Shown: positions 18,743 to 27,152 of the stretch, one piece after another
How the letters are laid out: every line of letters starts with the position of its first letter
How positions within the stretch are numbered: the first letter of the stretch is position 1
NCBI GenBank assembly: GCA_017466695.1
Contig: JAFTTR010000002.1
Location: 70,837-134,836, forward strand
Source: Alphaproteobacteria bacterium
GTDB lineage: Bacteria; Pseudomonadota; Alphaproteobacteria; CAAHEQ01; UBA3637
Length of the DNA stretch: 64,000 nt
Direction of reading: 5' to 3'
The notes under the pieces: model-generated
What the model was told of the DNA's origin: nothing
Databases searched by the model: none
Seen by the model: the letters and a program-made list of their open reading frames with translations, nothing else
Translations under genes and position numbers: made by a program

Positions 18743-19444
18743 TTAATAATCATCATTTGGAACAATTGCTTTTTTGGCCTTTTTAAGTGCCCGTTTTGGA
18801 CGGCGAGCCATAATATCAGGCACGGCATCTGTGATAATATCATGAACATCTTTTAAATTTTTGGAATAAACGTGATCCCCTTCAGGCACAACACGATATT
18901 CGACATGTAAATATCTGTGATTTGAAAGCTGTTCAGCCAACATGGCAACAGATGGTTCAGAAATCAAACTATCCTTTGCCCCTTGAATAATCAACCCTGA
19001 GGATGGACATGGAGTTAAGAAATCAAATTGATAGGCATTCGTTGGAGGAGAAACAAAAACAAAACCCTTAATTTCTGGTCTGCGCATCAATAATTGCGCA
19101 GCAATCCACGCCCCAAAAGAATACCCTGCAATCCAACAAACATTTGATTCAGAATCAATATTTTGCAACCAGTCTAATGCAATAATTGCATCAGCAAGTT
19201 CACCAACCCCTGTTCCATCAACGACACCTTGAGAATTTCCAACACCACGATAATTAAAACGAAGAACGGAAAAACCCATGTTCACAAAGGCTTGAAACAT
19301 CGCATATGTCACTCGATTGTTCATTGTTCCCCCTTGAGATGGGTGTGGGTGTAAAACTAAAACAAGTGGTGCTCTTGGATTTTCAGATTTATGAAAACGA
19401 CCTTCTAATCTTCCTGCTGCACCATTAAAAAATACTTCTGCCAT
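18743..19444 (-). CDS. Alpha/beta-fold hydrolase (esterase/thioesterase-like)
   Basis: GxSxG nucleophile motif GYSFGAW; ~230 aa; HPHP...GG oxyanion-region motif. Confidence 0.65.
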   Translation of the reverse strand: MAEVFFNGAAGRLEGRFHKSENPRAPLVLVLHPHPSQGGTMNNRVTYAMFQAFVNMGFSVLRFNYRGVGNSQGVVDGTGVGELADAIIALDWLQNIDSESNVCWIAGYSFGAWIAAQLLMRRPEIKGFVFVSPPTNAYQFDFLTPCPSSGLIIQGAKDSLISEPSVAMLAEQLSNHRYLHVEYRVVPEGDHVYSKNLKDVHDIITDAVPDIMARRPKRALKKAKKAIVPNDDY

Positions 19445-19592
19445 AAGAAACCCCCAATTGGATGTGTTAATATTCGTTTATTTTTGAATATATTATAACA
19501 AATTTTAATAAAAAGCAATATTTTTTCATTTTTTTTAATATTTTTTATTGACATTTATATTTTTTGAGGCTATAAGTATTTTATCAACGATG

Positions 19593-19667
19593 GCGGAATA
19601 GCTCAGATGGTAGAGCGGTGGAATCATAATCCATGTGTCGGGGGTTCGATCCCCTCTTCCGCTACCA
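19593..19667 (+). tRNA. tRNA-Met (anticodon CAU; elongator-type; could alternatively be tRNA-Ile2/lysidine)
   Basis: GGCGGAAUAGCUCAGAUGGUAGAGCGGUGGAAUCAUAAUCCAUGUGUCGGGGGUUCGAUCCCCUCUUCCGCUACCA; anticodon loop AUCAUAA; no initiator signature (no GGG/CCC anticodon stem). Confidence 0.88.
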
Positions 19668-19670
19668 GTT

Positions 19671-19704
19671 AAAAGACCTTGTAGAAATGCAAGGTCTTTT
19701 TTTT
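19671..19704 (+). terminator. Rho-independent terminator after tRNA-Met
   Basis: aagaccttg-tagaaatg-caaggtctt hairpin followed by tttttttt. Confidence 0.75.
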
Positions 19705-19715
19705 ATGCATATGAG

Positions 19716-20114
19716 AATAACCATAGAGGTAGAGGGTGGCATCATAATTCCAAGTGCCCAAGGGTTCTAACCCCTCTTGTGCTACCAGTTAGAAAGGGCC
19801 TCGTAGAAATACGAGGTCTTTTTTTTGCTTTTATCCCGTATCAAAGGACAAAATAGCTATAGAGGTAGAGCGGTGGAATCTCAATTCCACCATCTTTTCA
19901 ACTTCGGCTCACCGCCTTGTTTCAAAGTGGTTCATTGCTTTACGCAGAAAAACAGTTCCCCAAACTGTTTTTCTTTACGCAGTCAAGTGCCCAAGGATTC
20001 TAACCCCTCTTGTGCTACCAGTTAGAAAGGGCCTTGTAGAAATACGAGGTCTTTTTTTTATATGTAAGAGAACACCTATAGAGATAGAGGGTAAAATCAT
20101 AATTCCATGTTGAT
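19716..20114 (+). repeat. Array of degenerate or partial tRNA-Met copies with associated hairpin terminators. Components: a near-full-length pseudo-tRNA at 19724-19787 plus terminator at 19792-19827; a 5' fragment at 19858-19890; a ~90-bp insert at 19891-19981; a 3' fragment at 19982-20020 plus terminator at 20025-20059; a 5' fragment at 20077-20114.
   Basis: Direct reading: atagaggtagag(c/g)g(g)tgg(c/a)atc(a/t)(t/c)aattcca... and ...agtgcccaag(g/a)(g/a)ttctaacccctcttgtgctaccagttagaaagggcc(t/c)(c/t)gtagaaatacgaggtcttttttt recur with mutations. The D-arm and T-arm are disrupted, so these are non-functional copies. Confidence 0.8.
19724..19787 (+). pseudogene. tRNA-Met pseudogene (degenerate copy; CAU anticodon loop retained, D- and T-arms mutated)
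   Basis: atagaggtagagggtggcatcataattccaagtgcccaagggttctaacccctcttgtgctacca compared with the intact tRNA at 19593-19667. Confidence 0.7.
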
Positions 20115-20131
20115 AAAGTGAATTTTTCTTA

Positions 20132-21001
20132 CTATCTTTCTAATTTTAAATGATAATAAGGAGAATTTTTAAGCAAAGGACGAATATGCGTGTTGAATAG
20201 CACTTTTTCTTCCACAGATAAAAACAAAATTTCACTTTCCTTTGCCTCGTCATTATTTTTAATCACTCCATTGCCTTTTAATGTTTTCATAAAATGAAAC
20301 CAAACAGGCTGCGAATGGATATTATTTTTCATTTTTTTATTAAAAACAACATATTCAAAATATTTTTTTTGTTGAAAATGAGAGAAATTTTTTCTTTGAA
20401 TAGCGTAACTATCCCCATTCTCACCGTTAAATGGTCCTAATTTATATTTCACAAGAACACCATTATGTGAAAATGTGTTGTATCCCTTTAAAGAAAAATG
20501 CTTATTATCATTTTCCGCTTTTTTCATCATCTCGACAAATTCTTTTAACCTATTTGTTAAATAAACCTGATCAGCATCAATTTTCACAACCCATTCGTTT
20601 GGTTTAAAAAATTGCAATCCAAATTGATTATACGCTGCTAATGTATTCTCATAAGGAACAGATCCTTTATATCTCTTATCATGAGAAGGAATAACAGCAT
20701 GAGGATATTCATGAATTTCACAACTGGGCCTTTTTTCACACCACGCATTCATAAAAGCAACAGAGCCATCATCTTTTTCATTTGAATGAATAATAACAAT
20801 CCTATCAAAAACGCCGTCAATTGAATTTAAACAGGCCTCAATGGTGTTTATTTCATTCTTAACACGTAAATAGGCTGATGCAGGAAATGCTTCTGTTCCC
20901 TGCGCATTTATAGAGTTAAAAAATATATAAATTACAACAAATAATAACAACTTCTTAAAGTTTTGCTTTAACACAAAATACCCCCACACTTTTTTAGACA
21001 A
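20132..21001 (-). CDS. Putative glycosyltransferase (GT-A-like, DxD motif) with N-terminal membrane anchor/signal
   Basis: Hydrophobic N-terminus LLLFVVIYIFFNSINAQG; beta-strand-like RIVIIHSNEKDDGS followed by VVKIDADQVY (DxD). Very AT-rich; lies directly next to the tRNA-Met pseudo-copy array. Confidence 0.45.
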   Translation of the reverse strand: MSKKVWGYFVLKQNFKKLLLFVVIYIFFNSINAQGTEAFPASAYLRVKNEINTIEACLNSIDGVFDRIVIIHSNEKDDGSVAFMNAWCEKRPSCEIHEYPHAVIPSHDKRYKGSVPYENTLAAYNQFGLQFFKPNEWVVKIDADQVYLTNRLKEFVEMMKKAENDNKHFSLKGYNTFSHNGVLVKYKLGPFNGENGDSYAIQRKNFSHFQQKKYFEYVVFNKKMKNNIHSQPVWFHFMKTLKGNGVIKNNDEAKESEILFLSVEEKVLFNTHIRPLLKNSPYYHLKLER

Positions 21002-21021
21002 AACGTTTTGTCCACCTTATT

Positions 21022-21714
21022 TTATGCCGTATATAACCCCTCTTTAATCAACCCCTCTTCGACACGAATTTGCTTATCCATCTGCAATGCTAAATCAGGG
21101 TTATGTGTTGCAATCAATGCCGATAATTTTGTTTCTTTCACTAAATTTAAAAGCGTTTGAAACACACCACTTGCCGTACTAGGGTCCAAATTTCCAGTTG
21201 GCTCATCTGCTAATAAAATAGCTGGGTTGTTTGCCAATGCTCTTGCAATGGCAACACGTTGTTGCTCACCCCCTGAAAGTTGCCCTGAGCGATGTTTTAA
21301 TCGGTGTTTTAATCCCACTAACTCCAGCAATTCTTCAGCTCTTTTTCTAGCAAGTTTTGGCTTTTTCCCTTCAATTAGTTGGGGAAGCATCACATTTTCA
21401 AGCGCATTAAAATCTGGCAATAACAAATGGGATTGATAAACAAAACCAATGGCCTTTCGTCTCAAAAGAGTGCGTTCTTTATCTAAGGCATGAGATACAT
21501 CAACGCCATTTACAAAAATTTCACCACCCGTAGGCGTATCCAACAGCCCTGCAATATGAAGGAGTGTTGATTTTCCAGAACCAGAAGGACCAACAAGAGC
21601 CACAATTTCCCCTTTTTGAAGTGTAAAGTTAATATCTTTTAAAACCTCAAGTTTCGTTTCTTTATCGCCATAAAAACGGCTCACATGTTTTAATTCTAAA
21701 CAAGGATTATTCAT
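21022..21714 (-). CDS. lolD: Lipoprotein-releasing system ATP-binding protein
   Basis: [18 protein letters not shown]; [32 protein letters not shown]; paired and overlapping with the LolC/E permease gene. Confidence 0.85.
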   Translation of the reverse strand: MNNPCLELKHVSRFYGDKETKLEVLKDINFTLQKGEIVALVGPSGSGKSTLLHIAGLLDTPTGGEIFVNGVDVSHALDKERTLLRRKAIGFVYQSHLLLPDFNALENVMLPQLIEGKKPKLARKRAEELLELVGLKHRLKHRSGQLSGGEQQRVAIARALANNPAILLADEPTGNLDPSTASGVFQTLLNLVKETKLSALIATHNPDLALQMDKQIRVEEGLIKEGLYTA

Positions 21715-22951
21715 ATCTTAATGCCTCCACAGGGTCAGTTTTGCTTGCTTTATAAGAAGGATAAAGTGTTGCAAGTAAGGATAAAGCTAAACTCATCACA
21801 ACAACAAGTGTCACTTCTGTCATATCCACTTTTGCTGGTAGGTGGGAAAGGAAATAAATTTCAGCCGAAAAAAGCTCTCTTCCTGATAATCCTTCTAAAA
21901 ACGTTTTTATCGCATCAATATTTTCACAAAACAACAAACCAAGAGCAAAACCTGCGAATGTTCCAACAACACCAACGGTTAATCCAGACATTAAGAAAAT
22001 CCGTTGAATAGCACCACGGCTCATCCCCATTGTACGTAAAACTGCAATATCTTTTGTCTTATCTTGCACAAGCATAATCAGCCCTGAAATCATATTAAAA
22101 GCAGCCACAATAATAATGAGCGTTAAAATTAAAAACATAACATTTCGCTCAACTTCAATGGCATTAAAAAAGGCTTGATTTGTATATCTCCAATCATGGA
22201 TTGTAGCATCTCTTCCAATTTTTGAAAATGCATTTTCTGCAATTTTTTCATAATCGGCGCCTTTGTTTGTAAATACTTCAAGATGAGAAACTTTATCCCC
22301 TGTCATGAAGAATTTTTTCGCCTCGTCAAGGGGCATGAAAAGAAAATTGCCGTCATATTCACTCATACCACTATCAAAAGTTCCTAAAACCGTATATGCC
22401 TTCATTTTAGGAATTGTGCCAAATGCTGTTATATTTCCTTTAGGTGAAACCAATGATACTTGATCTCCAGCTCTTACCCCTAACCTTCTGGCCAAACGAT
22501 AACCTAAAATAATTTGGCTATCTAAAAACTCATTGATATCTATGCCTTTATATTTTCCACCTAATAAAGGCCTTTTTTTAAAATCCTCAAGACTCATCCC
22601 TCTAACCATAACCCCAGCTGAGGCCATATCAGAGGAAAGCATAACCTGCCCATCCACCACAGGTACAACATGGGTAATATCTTTAATGGATTGCATTGTT
22701 TTAGCCTTTTCTTCGCCATCAGACAAATATGGACCATAAGAGGGATAAACTCCTAATTGCCCATTAATACCAAGAACACGACTTAAAAGCTCTTCTTTAA
22801 ACCCATTCATCACACTCATTACAATAATAAGCGTTGCAACACCTAACATAATCCCTAAAAATGAAAACCCTGCAATAACAGAGACAAAGCCGGTTCTTTT
22901 TCTAGACTTTAAGTAGCGAAAAGATAACATTCTTTCTGTTTTTGAAAACAT
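21707..22951 (-). CDS. lolC: Lipoprotein-releasing system permease LolC/LolE (FtsX family)
   Basis: 414 aa; N-terminal TM, periplasmic domain, C-terminal FtsX TM bundle; upstream of lolD with an 8-nt overlap. Confidence 0.8.
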   Translation of the reverse strand: MFSKTERMLSFRYLKSRKRTGFVSVIAGFSFLGIMLGVATLIIVMSVMNGFKEELLSRVLGINGQLGVYPSYGPYLSDGEEKAKTMQSIKDITHVVPVVDGQVMLSSDMASAGVMVRGMSLEDFKKRPLLGGKYKGIDINEFLDSQIILGYRLARRLGVRAGDQVSLVSPKGNITAFGTIPKMKAYTVLGTFDSGMSEYDGNFLFMPLDEAKKFFMTGDKVSHLEVFTNKGADYEKIAENAFSKIGRDATIHDWRYTNQAFFNAIEVERNVMFLILTLIIIVAAFNMISGLIMLVQDKTKDIAVLRTMGMSRGAIQRIFLMSGLTVGVVGTFAGFALGLLFCENIDAIKTFLEGLSGRELFSAEIYFLSHLPAKVDMTEVTLVVVMSLALSLLATLYPSYKASKTDPVEALRYE

Positions 22952-23019
22952 ATTTTAACCCCTTTAAAAAAAACTAAGTTAGAAAGTACAAAACTTTTTC
23001 TTAAAAATCAAGTTTTAAA

Positions 23020-23595
23020 TTAATCTCTTAAATGTGTTCTCAAATCTGTATACAAACGTAACACTTTATTTTCTGGAACATGGGACACCCTCTTTTGTGG
23101 AGTACAACTTTCAATCAAAAAACGCCATGTATTAATCTTTAAATCTGCTAACAAATAATCTAAACGTTCCTTCATCATCCCCCCTTCTCTTATAATATAT
23201 CCCCTTAACATGTCACTTTGTGTATCAGATAGATATTTTTTAATCTGCTCATCACTCGCATAAGGATAAGGTCGATTTAAGATTTTTTTTTGCTTTTGAG
23301 GAAAATATTCTTGCCATTCGATTGGAAAATCAACATGTCGGTATTCTTTTAAAAAATCAGTCAGTGTACGTGTCAGAAAATAATGCAACCTTAAAACTTC
23401 AGGTTTTTGCGCAAAAACAGAGGGCCTTAAAGCTCCTTCAGCACGGGCCGGATATGCGTATAAAAATGTCATTTTAACATTATAGACACGCTTATCTTTA
23501 CAAACCATATCGAATAAAAAAGGCAATTTAAGTTGATAATATTCAACTTTATGTATTCGTTTTGGCACACCGACCTCCTTTAGGATATATATCAC
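23020..23595 (-). CDS. Hypothetical protein (191 aa)
   Basis: No motif recognised; basic, AT-rich; divergent from the transglutaminase-like gene. Confidence 0.4.
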   Translation of the reverse strand: MIYILKEVGVPKRIHKVEYYQLKLPFLFDMVCKDKRVYNVKMTFLYAYPARAEGALRPSVFAQKPEVLRLHYFLTRTLTDFLKEYRHVDFPIEWQEYFPQKQKKILNRPYPYASDEQIKKYLSDTQSDMLRGYIIREGGMMKERLDYLLADLKINTWRFLIESCTPQKRVSHVPENKVLRLYTDLRTHLRD

Positions 23596-23656
23596 ATTTT
23601 CAGCACACTCTCAATAAAAAGTTTACTTTTTTTTGACTTATGTGATATAATAAAGT

Positions 23657-24346
23657 ATGCGTTATATATTGTTATTTATTTGTATCATCTTCTTTGGAAC
23701 AACCCCTGCTTTTTCAAAAGCATCTTATGGGAGAGCTGATAGCCGTGCTTATCGTGTCCCAACACAATACAATGATAATTTAGATGAACTTGTAGTCTAT
23801 TTGATTAAACCCTTCGAAAAAAACGAAGAACTCAAAGCAAGAGTTCTTTTTGCATGGATTGTTTATCACATCCAATATGATGATTACGAATTTAAAACAC
23901 AGTATGAATGGTCAAGGGATAAAAAAGACATCACATGTAAAAAGGGTCTTTGTATGCGTCAAACACCTCAAGATACATTTAAAATCAGAAGTGGTGTCTG
24001 CAGACACTTTGCAGATCTTTTTCATTACATGGCCTCCAAAGCAGGCTTAAAGTCTGAAATTATTTTAGGCATCTCACAAGGGCAAGGCCACGCTTGGAAT
24101 GCTGTTTTCGTTAATAAAAAATGGCATCTTTTGGATACCACATGGGCTGCGCAATCGAAAAATGCTTTCATTGGAATAAAAAACGACAGAGCTTATAAAA
24201 GAGCAAAAGAAATCAGAGAAAGAAAAGCAAAATCCAATCGAATTAAAGGATCAAAAAAAATTAATGAACAATGGTTTTTCCCAAATCCCAAAAAATTCTA
24301 TCAAACACATAAGCCTCATGATGAAAAATGGTCTCTTATAAAATAA
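23657..24346 (+). CDS. Secreted transglutaminase-like cysteine peptidase superfamily protein
   Basis: Signal peptide MRYILLFICIIFFGTTPAFS; Cys-His-Asp triad context GVCRHFADLF ... GHAWNAVF ... HLLDTTW (Transglut_core-like). Confidence 0.6.
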   Translation: MRYILLFICIIFFGTTPAFSKASYGRADSRAYRVPTQYNDNLDELVVYLIKPFEKNEELKARVLFAWIVYHIQYDDYEFKTQYEWSRDKKDITCKKGLCMRQTPQDTFKIRSGVCRHFADLFHYMASKAGLKSEIILGISQGQGHAWNAVFVNKKWHLLDTTWAAQSKNAFIGIKNDRAYKRAKEIRERKAKSNRIKGSKKINEQWFFPNPKKFYQTHKPHDEKWSLIK

Positions 24347-24490
24347 AAGACTGCCTCTCTTTTTTGTTAACTATATACACCATATAGACTTTGAAACATA
24401 ATTGTCATAAAAAAAAGGGAAGTTTTTTCTTGACAGGCAAAATATTTTCATTTAAAATCTTGTTAGTTTTTTTAATGAAAGGACAAAAAA

Positions 24491-24772
24491 ATGATTAAAT
24501 CTGAACTCGTTACAAAATTAGCAGAACAAACAAACTTAACAAAAACAGATGCTGAAAACATCGTCACAACTGTTTTTAGAGAAATCACAAAAGCTCTTGT
24601 TAAAGGCAATCGTGTTGAATTGCGTGGCTTTGGTGTTTTATCTGTTAGAGAACGTAAACCTCGTGTTGGTCGCAACCCAAAAACAGGTGAAAAAGTTGAT
24701 GTTGCTTCAAAGAAAGTTCCTTTCTTCAAAGCAGGTAAATCAATTAACGAAGCTCTTAATAAAAAGAAATAG
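24491..24772 (+). CDS. ihfB: Integration host factor beta subunit (HU/IHF family)
   Basis: MIKSELVTKLAEQ...RVELRGFGVLSVRERKPRVGRNPKTGEKV; the GRNPKTGE arm is typical of IHF-beta; 93 aa. Confidence 0.85.
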   Translation: MIKSELVTKLAEQTNLTKTDAENIVTTVFREITKALVKGNRVELRGFGVLSVRERKPRVGRNPKTGEKVDVASKKVPFFKAGKSINEALNKKK

Positions 24773-24779
24773 GATTTAA

Positions 24780-25628
24780 ATGAACTGGCTCAGTCGTCTT
24801 ACACGTCCAACTGTTAAAAAAGCAGCTACGCAAAAAGATATTCCAAACAATTATTGGGATCGTTGTCCTGATTGTGGGGCCATGCTCTTTCATGCTGAAA
24901 TTGAAAAGGCTGATTTTGTATGTCCTTATTGCGATCATCACTTTCGTTTACCAATCTTAAAACGTCTTGAAATGCTTTTTGACAGAGGCGAATATACGCT
25001 GATTCAACTGCCCAAAGTGAAAGAGGACCCACTTAAATTTGCAGATCTTGAAAAATACACAGATAGACTAAAAAAAGCCAGAAAAAAAACAAAGCATGAA
25101 GATGCTATCGTTGTTGCACATGGGCACATTGGTGGGCACGCTAGTGTTGTTGGTGTTTTTGACTTCTCTTTCATGGGTGGTTCGATGGGAACTGCTGTGG
25201 GGGAAGCTATTATTACAGCATCCCAACTTGCATTATTACAAGAAGCAGCACTCATTCTTGTTCCTGCTTCTGGTGGTGCTCGTATGCAAGAAGGAATGCT
25301 TTCTTTGATGCAAATGGCCAGAACAACAATCGCTGTTAAAAAGTTAAAGGCAAAACGTCTTCCTTACATTACCATTTTATCCGATCCAACAATGGGTGGG
25401 GTAACAGCCTCTTTTGCAATGTTGGGGGACGTTGCCTTTGCTGAACCAGGGGCAGCCATTGGTTTTGCTGGCAAACGTGTGATTGAGCAAATTGTTCGTG
25501 AAAAGTTACCTTCAAACTTTCAACAAGCCAGCTACTTGTTAGAGCATGGCATGATTGATCAAGTCGTGCACAGAAAAGAGCTTAAAAATGCAATTTCAAA
25601 TATCCTAAATTTGTTGCACAAACATTAA
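24780..25628 (+). CDS. accD: Acetyl-CoA carboxylase carboxyltransferase beta subunit
   Basis: N-terminal zinc ribbon CPDCGAMLF...CPYCDHHFRL; CoA-carboxylase fold motifs (FSFMGGSMG; PYITILSDPTMGG). Confidence 0.9.
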   Translation: MNWLSRLTRPTVKKAATQKDIPNNYWDRCPDCGAMLFHAEIEKADFVCPYCDHHFRLPILKRLEMLFDRGEYTLIQLPKVKEDPLKFADLEKYTDRLKKARKKTKHEDAIVVAHGHIGGHASVVGVFDFSFMGGSMGTAVGEAIITASQLALLQEAALILVPASGGARMQEGMLSLMQMARTTIAVKKLKAKRLPYITILSDPTMGGVTASFAMLGDVAFAEPGAAIGFAGKRVIEQIVREKLPSNFQQASYLLEHGMIDQVVHRKELKNAISNILNLLHKH

Positions 25629-25693
25629 AAATCATATTGACCCATTAAAAAAGAACACTTATATTACTCTTATCACAAAAAAAAGGAGTTTAT

Positions 25694-26707
25694 ATGAAAA
25701 AAGTGCTATTTTTTAATGGGGATAATATTTTATTAGATTATCTACATACACATCCCTCCCCTCATTTTGAACCAGTTGTTTTTAAAGAATCTTTAAACCA
25801 TATTCCTCTATCGTTATTAGAAGAATATAAAGATATTGAAGCTCTTTCAATCTTTGTGCATTCTGAATCCTTAAGTACCGAACGATTAGATTATTTTAAA
25901 AATTTAAAAATCATTGCAACCAGATCAACAGGATTTAACCACATTGATTTAAAATATTGCAAAAAAAGGAATATCAGCGTTGTCAATGTCCCAAGATATG
26001 GCGAATCCACCGTTGCCGAATTTGCCTTTGGAATGTTATTAAACTTAACAAGACACATTATTCAAGGTAGAAATGGCATGGCACACAACCATGTGGACAT
26101 TCCAAGTTATATGGGCTTTGATTTAATGGGCAAAACATTAGGCGTGGTAGGAACGGGCTCCATTGGTCAGCATATGATACAAATCGCAAAAGGGTTTCAA
26201 ATGAATGTGGTTGCTTTTGATTTATACCCCAAAAAAGAATTAAAAGACCTTTATGTTAAAACCTTGGATGAATTGTATAAAAAAAGTGATATCATCTCTT
26301 TGCACGTTCCTTCAACAAAAGAAAATTATCATTTATTAGATGAAAAGGCCTTTAAGAAAATGAAAAAAGGCGTTATCATTATCAACACAGCAAGAGGAGA
26401 CTTAATTGATACACAAGCTCTTTATGGAGCTTTAAAAACAGATCAAGTAGGAGGTGCCGGACTGGATGTGCTTGAAAATGAAGATTTCCTCATTCATGAT
26501 GATATTGAAACGAGTAACCTATTTAAAGATAAGGACTTTTTGTTAGATTCAGCCTTAAATTTAAAGCTCTTACAATTTAAAAATGTGATTGCAACACCCC
26601 ACATTGCGTTTAATTCTATTGACGCTGTTAATCGAATTAACCAAACAACGTGTGAAAATATGGTTGCCTTTTTTGAGGGTTCACCTCAAAATCTGGTTTC
26701 AAAATAA
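25694..26707 (+). CDS. D-isomer-specific 2-hydroxyacid dehydrogenase family protein (NAD-binding)
   Basis: Rossmann GVVGTGSIGQ; catalytic region ...NTARGDLID...TPHIAFNS. Confidence 0.75.
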   Translation: MKKVLFFNGDNILLDYLHTHPSPHFEPVVFKESLNHIPLSLLEEYKDIEALSIFVHSESLSTERLDYFKNLKIIATRSTGFNHIDLKYCKKRNISVVNVPRYGESTVAEFAFGMLLNLTRHIIQGRNGMAHNHVDIPSYMGFDLMGKTLGVVGTGSIGQHMIQIAKGFQMNVVAFDLYPKKELKDLYVKTLDELYKKSDIISLHVPSTKENYHLLDEKAFKKMKKGVIIINTARGDLIDTQALYGALKTDQVGGAGLDVLENEDFLIHDDIETSNLFKDKDFLLDSALNLKLLQFKNVIATPHIAFNSIDAVNRINQTTCENMVAFFEGSPQNLVSK

Positions 26708-26806
26708 TCTAAAATATCGCCCCTTTCATTGGAGAGGGGCTTTTTAAATTTATTTTATACTTACTGACGTTAAGAAGATTGGATATTTTGTATCCTTAGA
26801 TTGTAT

Positions 26807-27025
26807 TTATTCTCTTGATTTTAAAAGATTTTTAATTTTTTCAAATAAAAGTGTTGCTAAATATCCAAATAAAACAGATAAAACAACAGCAAAAACAACC
26901 ATCACATCTCCCTTTTCGTTCAAAGGCGCATAAAGTGTAATCAATTTTCTGGCTAAAAGAAGAGCCATAGCAGATAAAAGATACGCATTTAAAAGATATT
27001 TTTTCCCCATTGAAATAAAATGCAA
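26807..27025 (-). CDS. Small hypothetical membrane protein (72 aa)
   Basis: Two hydrophobic segments; no homology recognised. Confidence 0.3.
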   Translation of the reverse strand: MHFISMGKKYLLNAYLLSAMALLLARKLITLYAPLNEKGDVMVVFAVVLSVLFGYLATLLFEKIKNLLKSRE

Positions 27026-27152
27026 AAAAGCCCTTTTTCTTGATGATATTTTTTTTACATAAAAAAATGATTCAATGGTCTTTTAACTGGTTTTCTAGTT
27101 ATAAAAAAACACCCTTGCTGATTAAGCAAGGGTGTCTTTTTAATCAAGTTTT

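Noticed and set aside
345-19915. 13-nt identity (cttcggctcaccg) shared between the tRNA-Gln repeat and the insert at the tRNA-Met locus
   Set aside because: By a rough estimate, tens of random 13-mer matches are expected within 64 kb on both strands, so this is not significant on its own.
19635-20025. ORFs 19635-19856(+) and 19825-20025(+) across the tRNA-Met array
   Set aside because: They read through the tRNA, terminators and pseudo-tRNA copies; they are not coding.
19590-20115. Possible CRISPR array (repeated ~35-bp hairpin units with spacers)
   Set aside because: The repeated units are tRNA-Met fragments plus terminator hairpins. They are of unequal length and degenerate, with no constant repeat or spacer periodicity and no cas genes in the window.
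24472-25308. ORFs 24472-24729(-), 24549-24779(+), 24756-24941(-), 24826-25032(-), 25004-25255(-) and 25096-25308(+) around ihfB and accD
   Set aside because: These are shadow ORFs of ihfB and accD, which have strong homology-type motifs.
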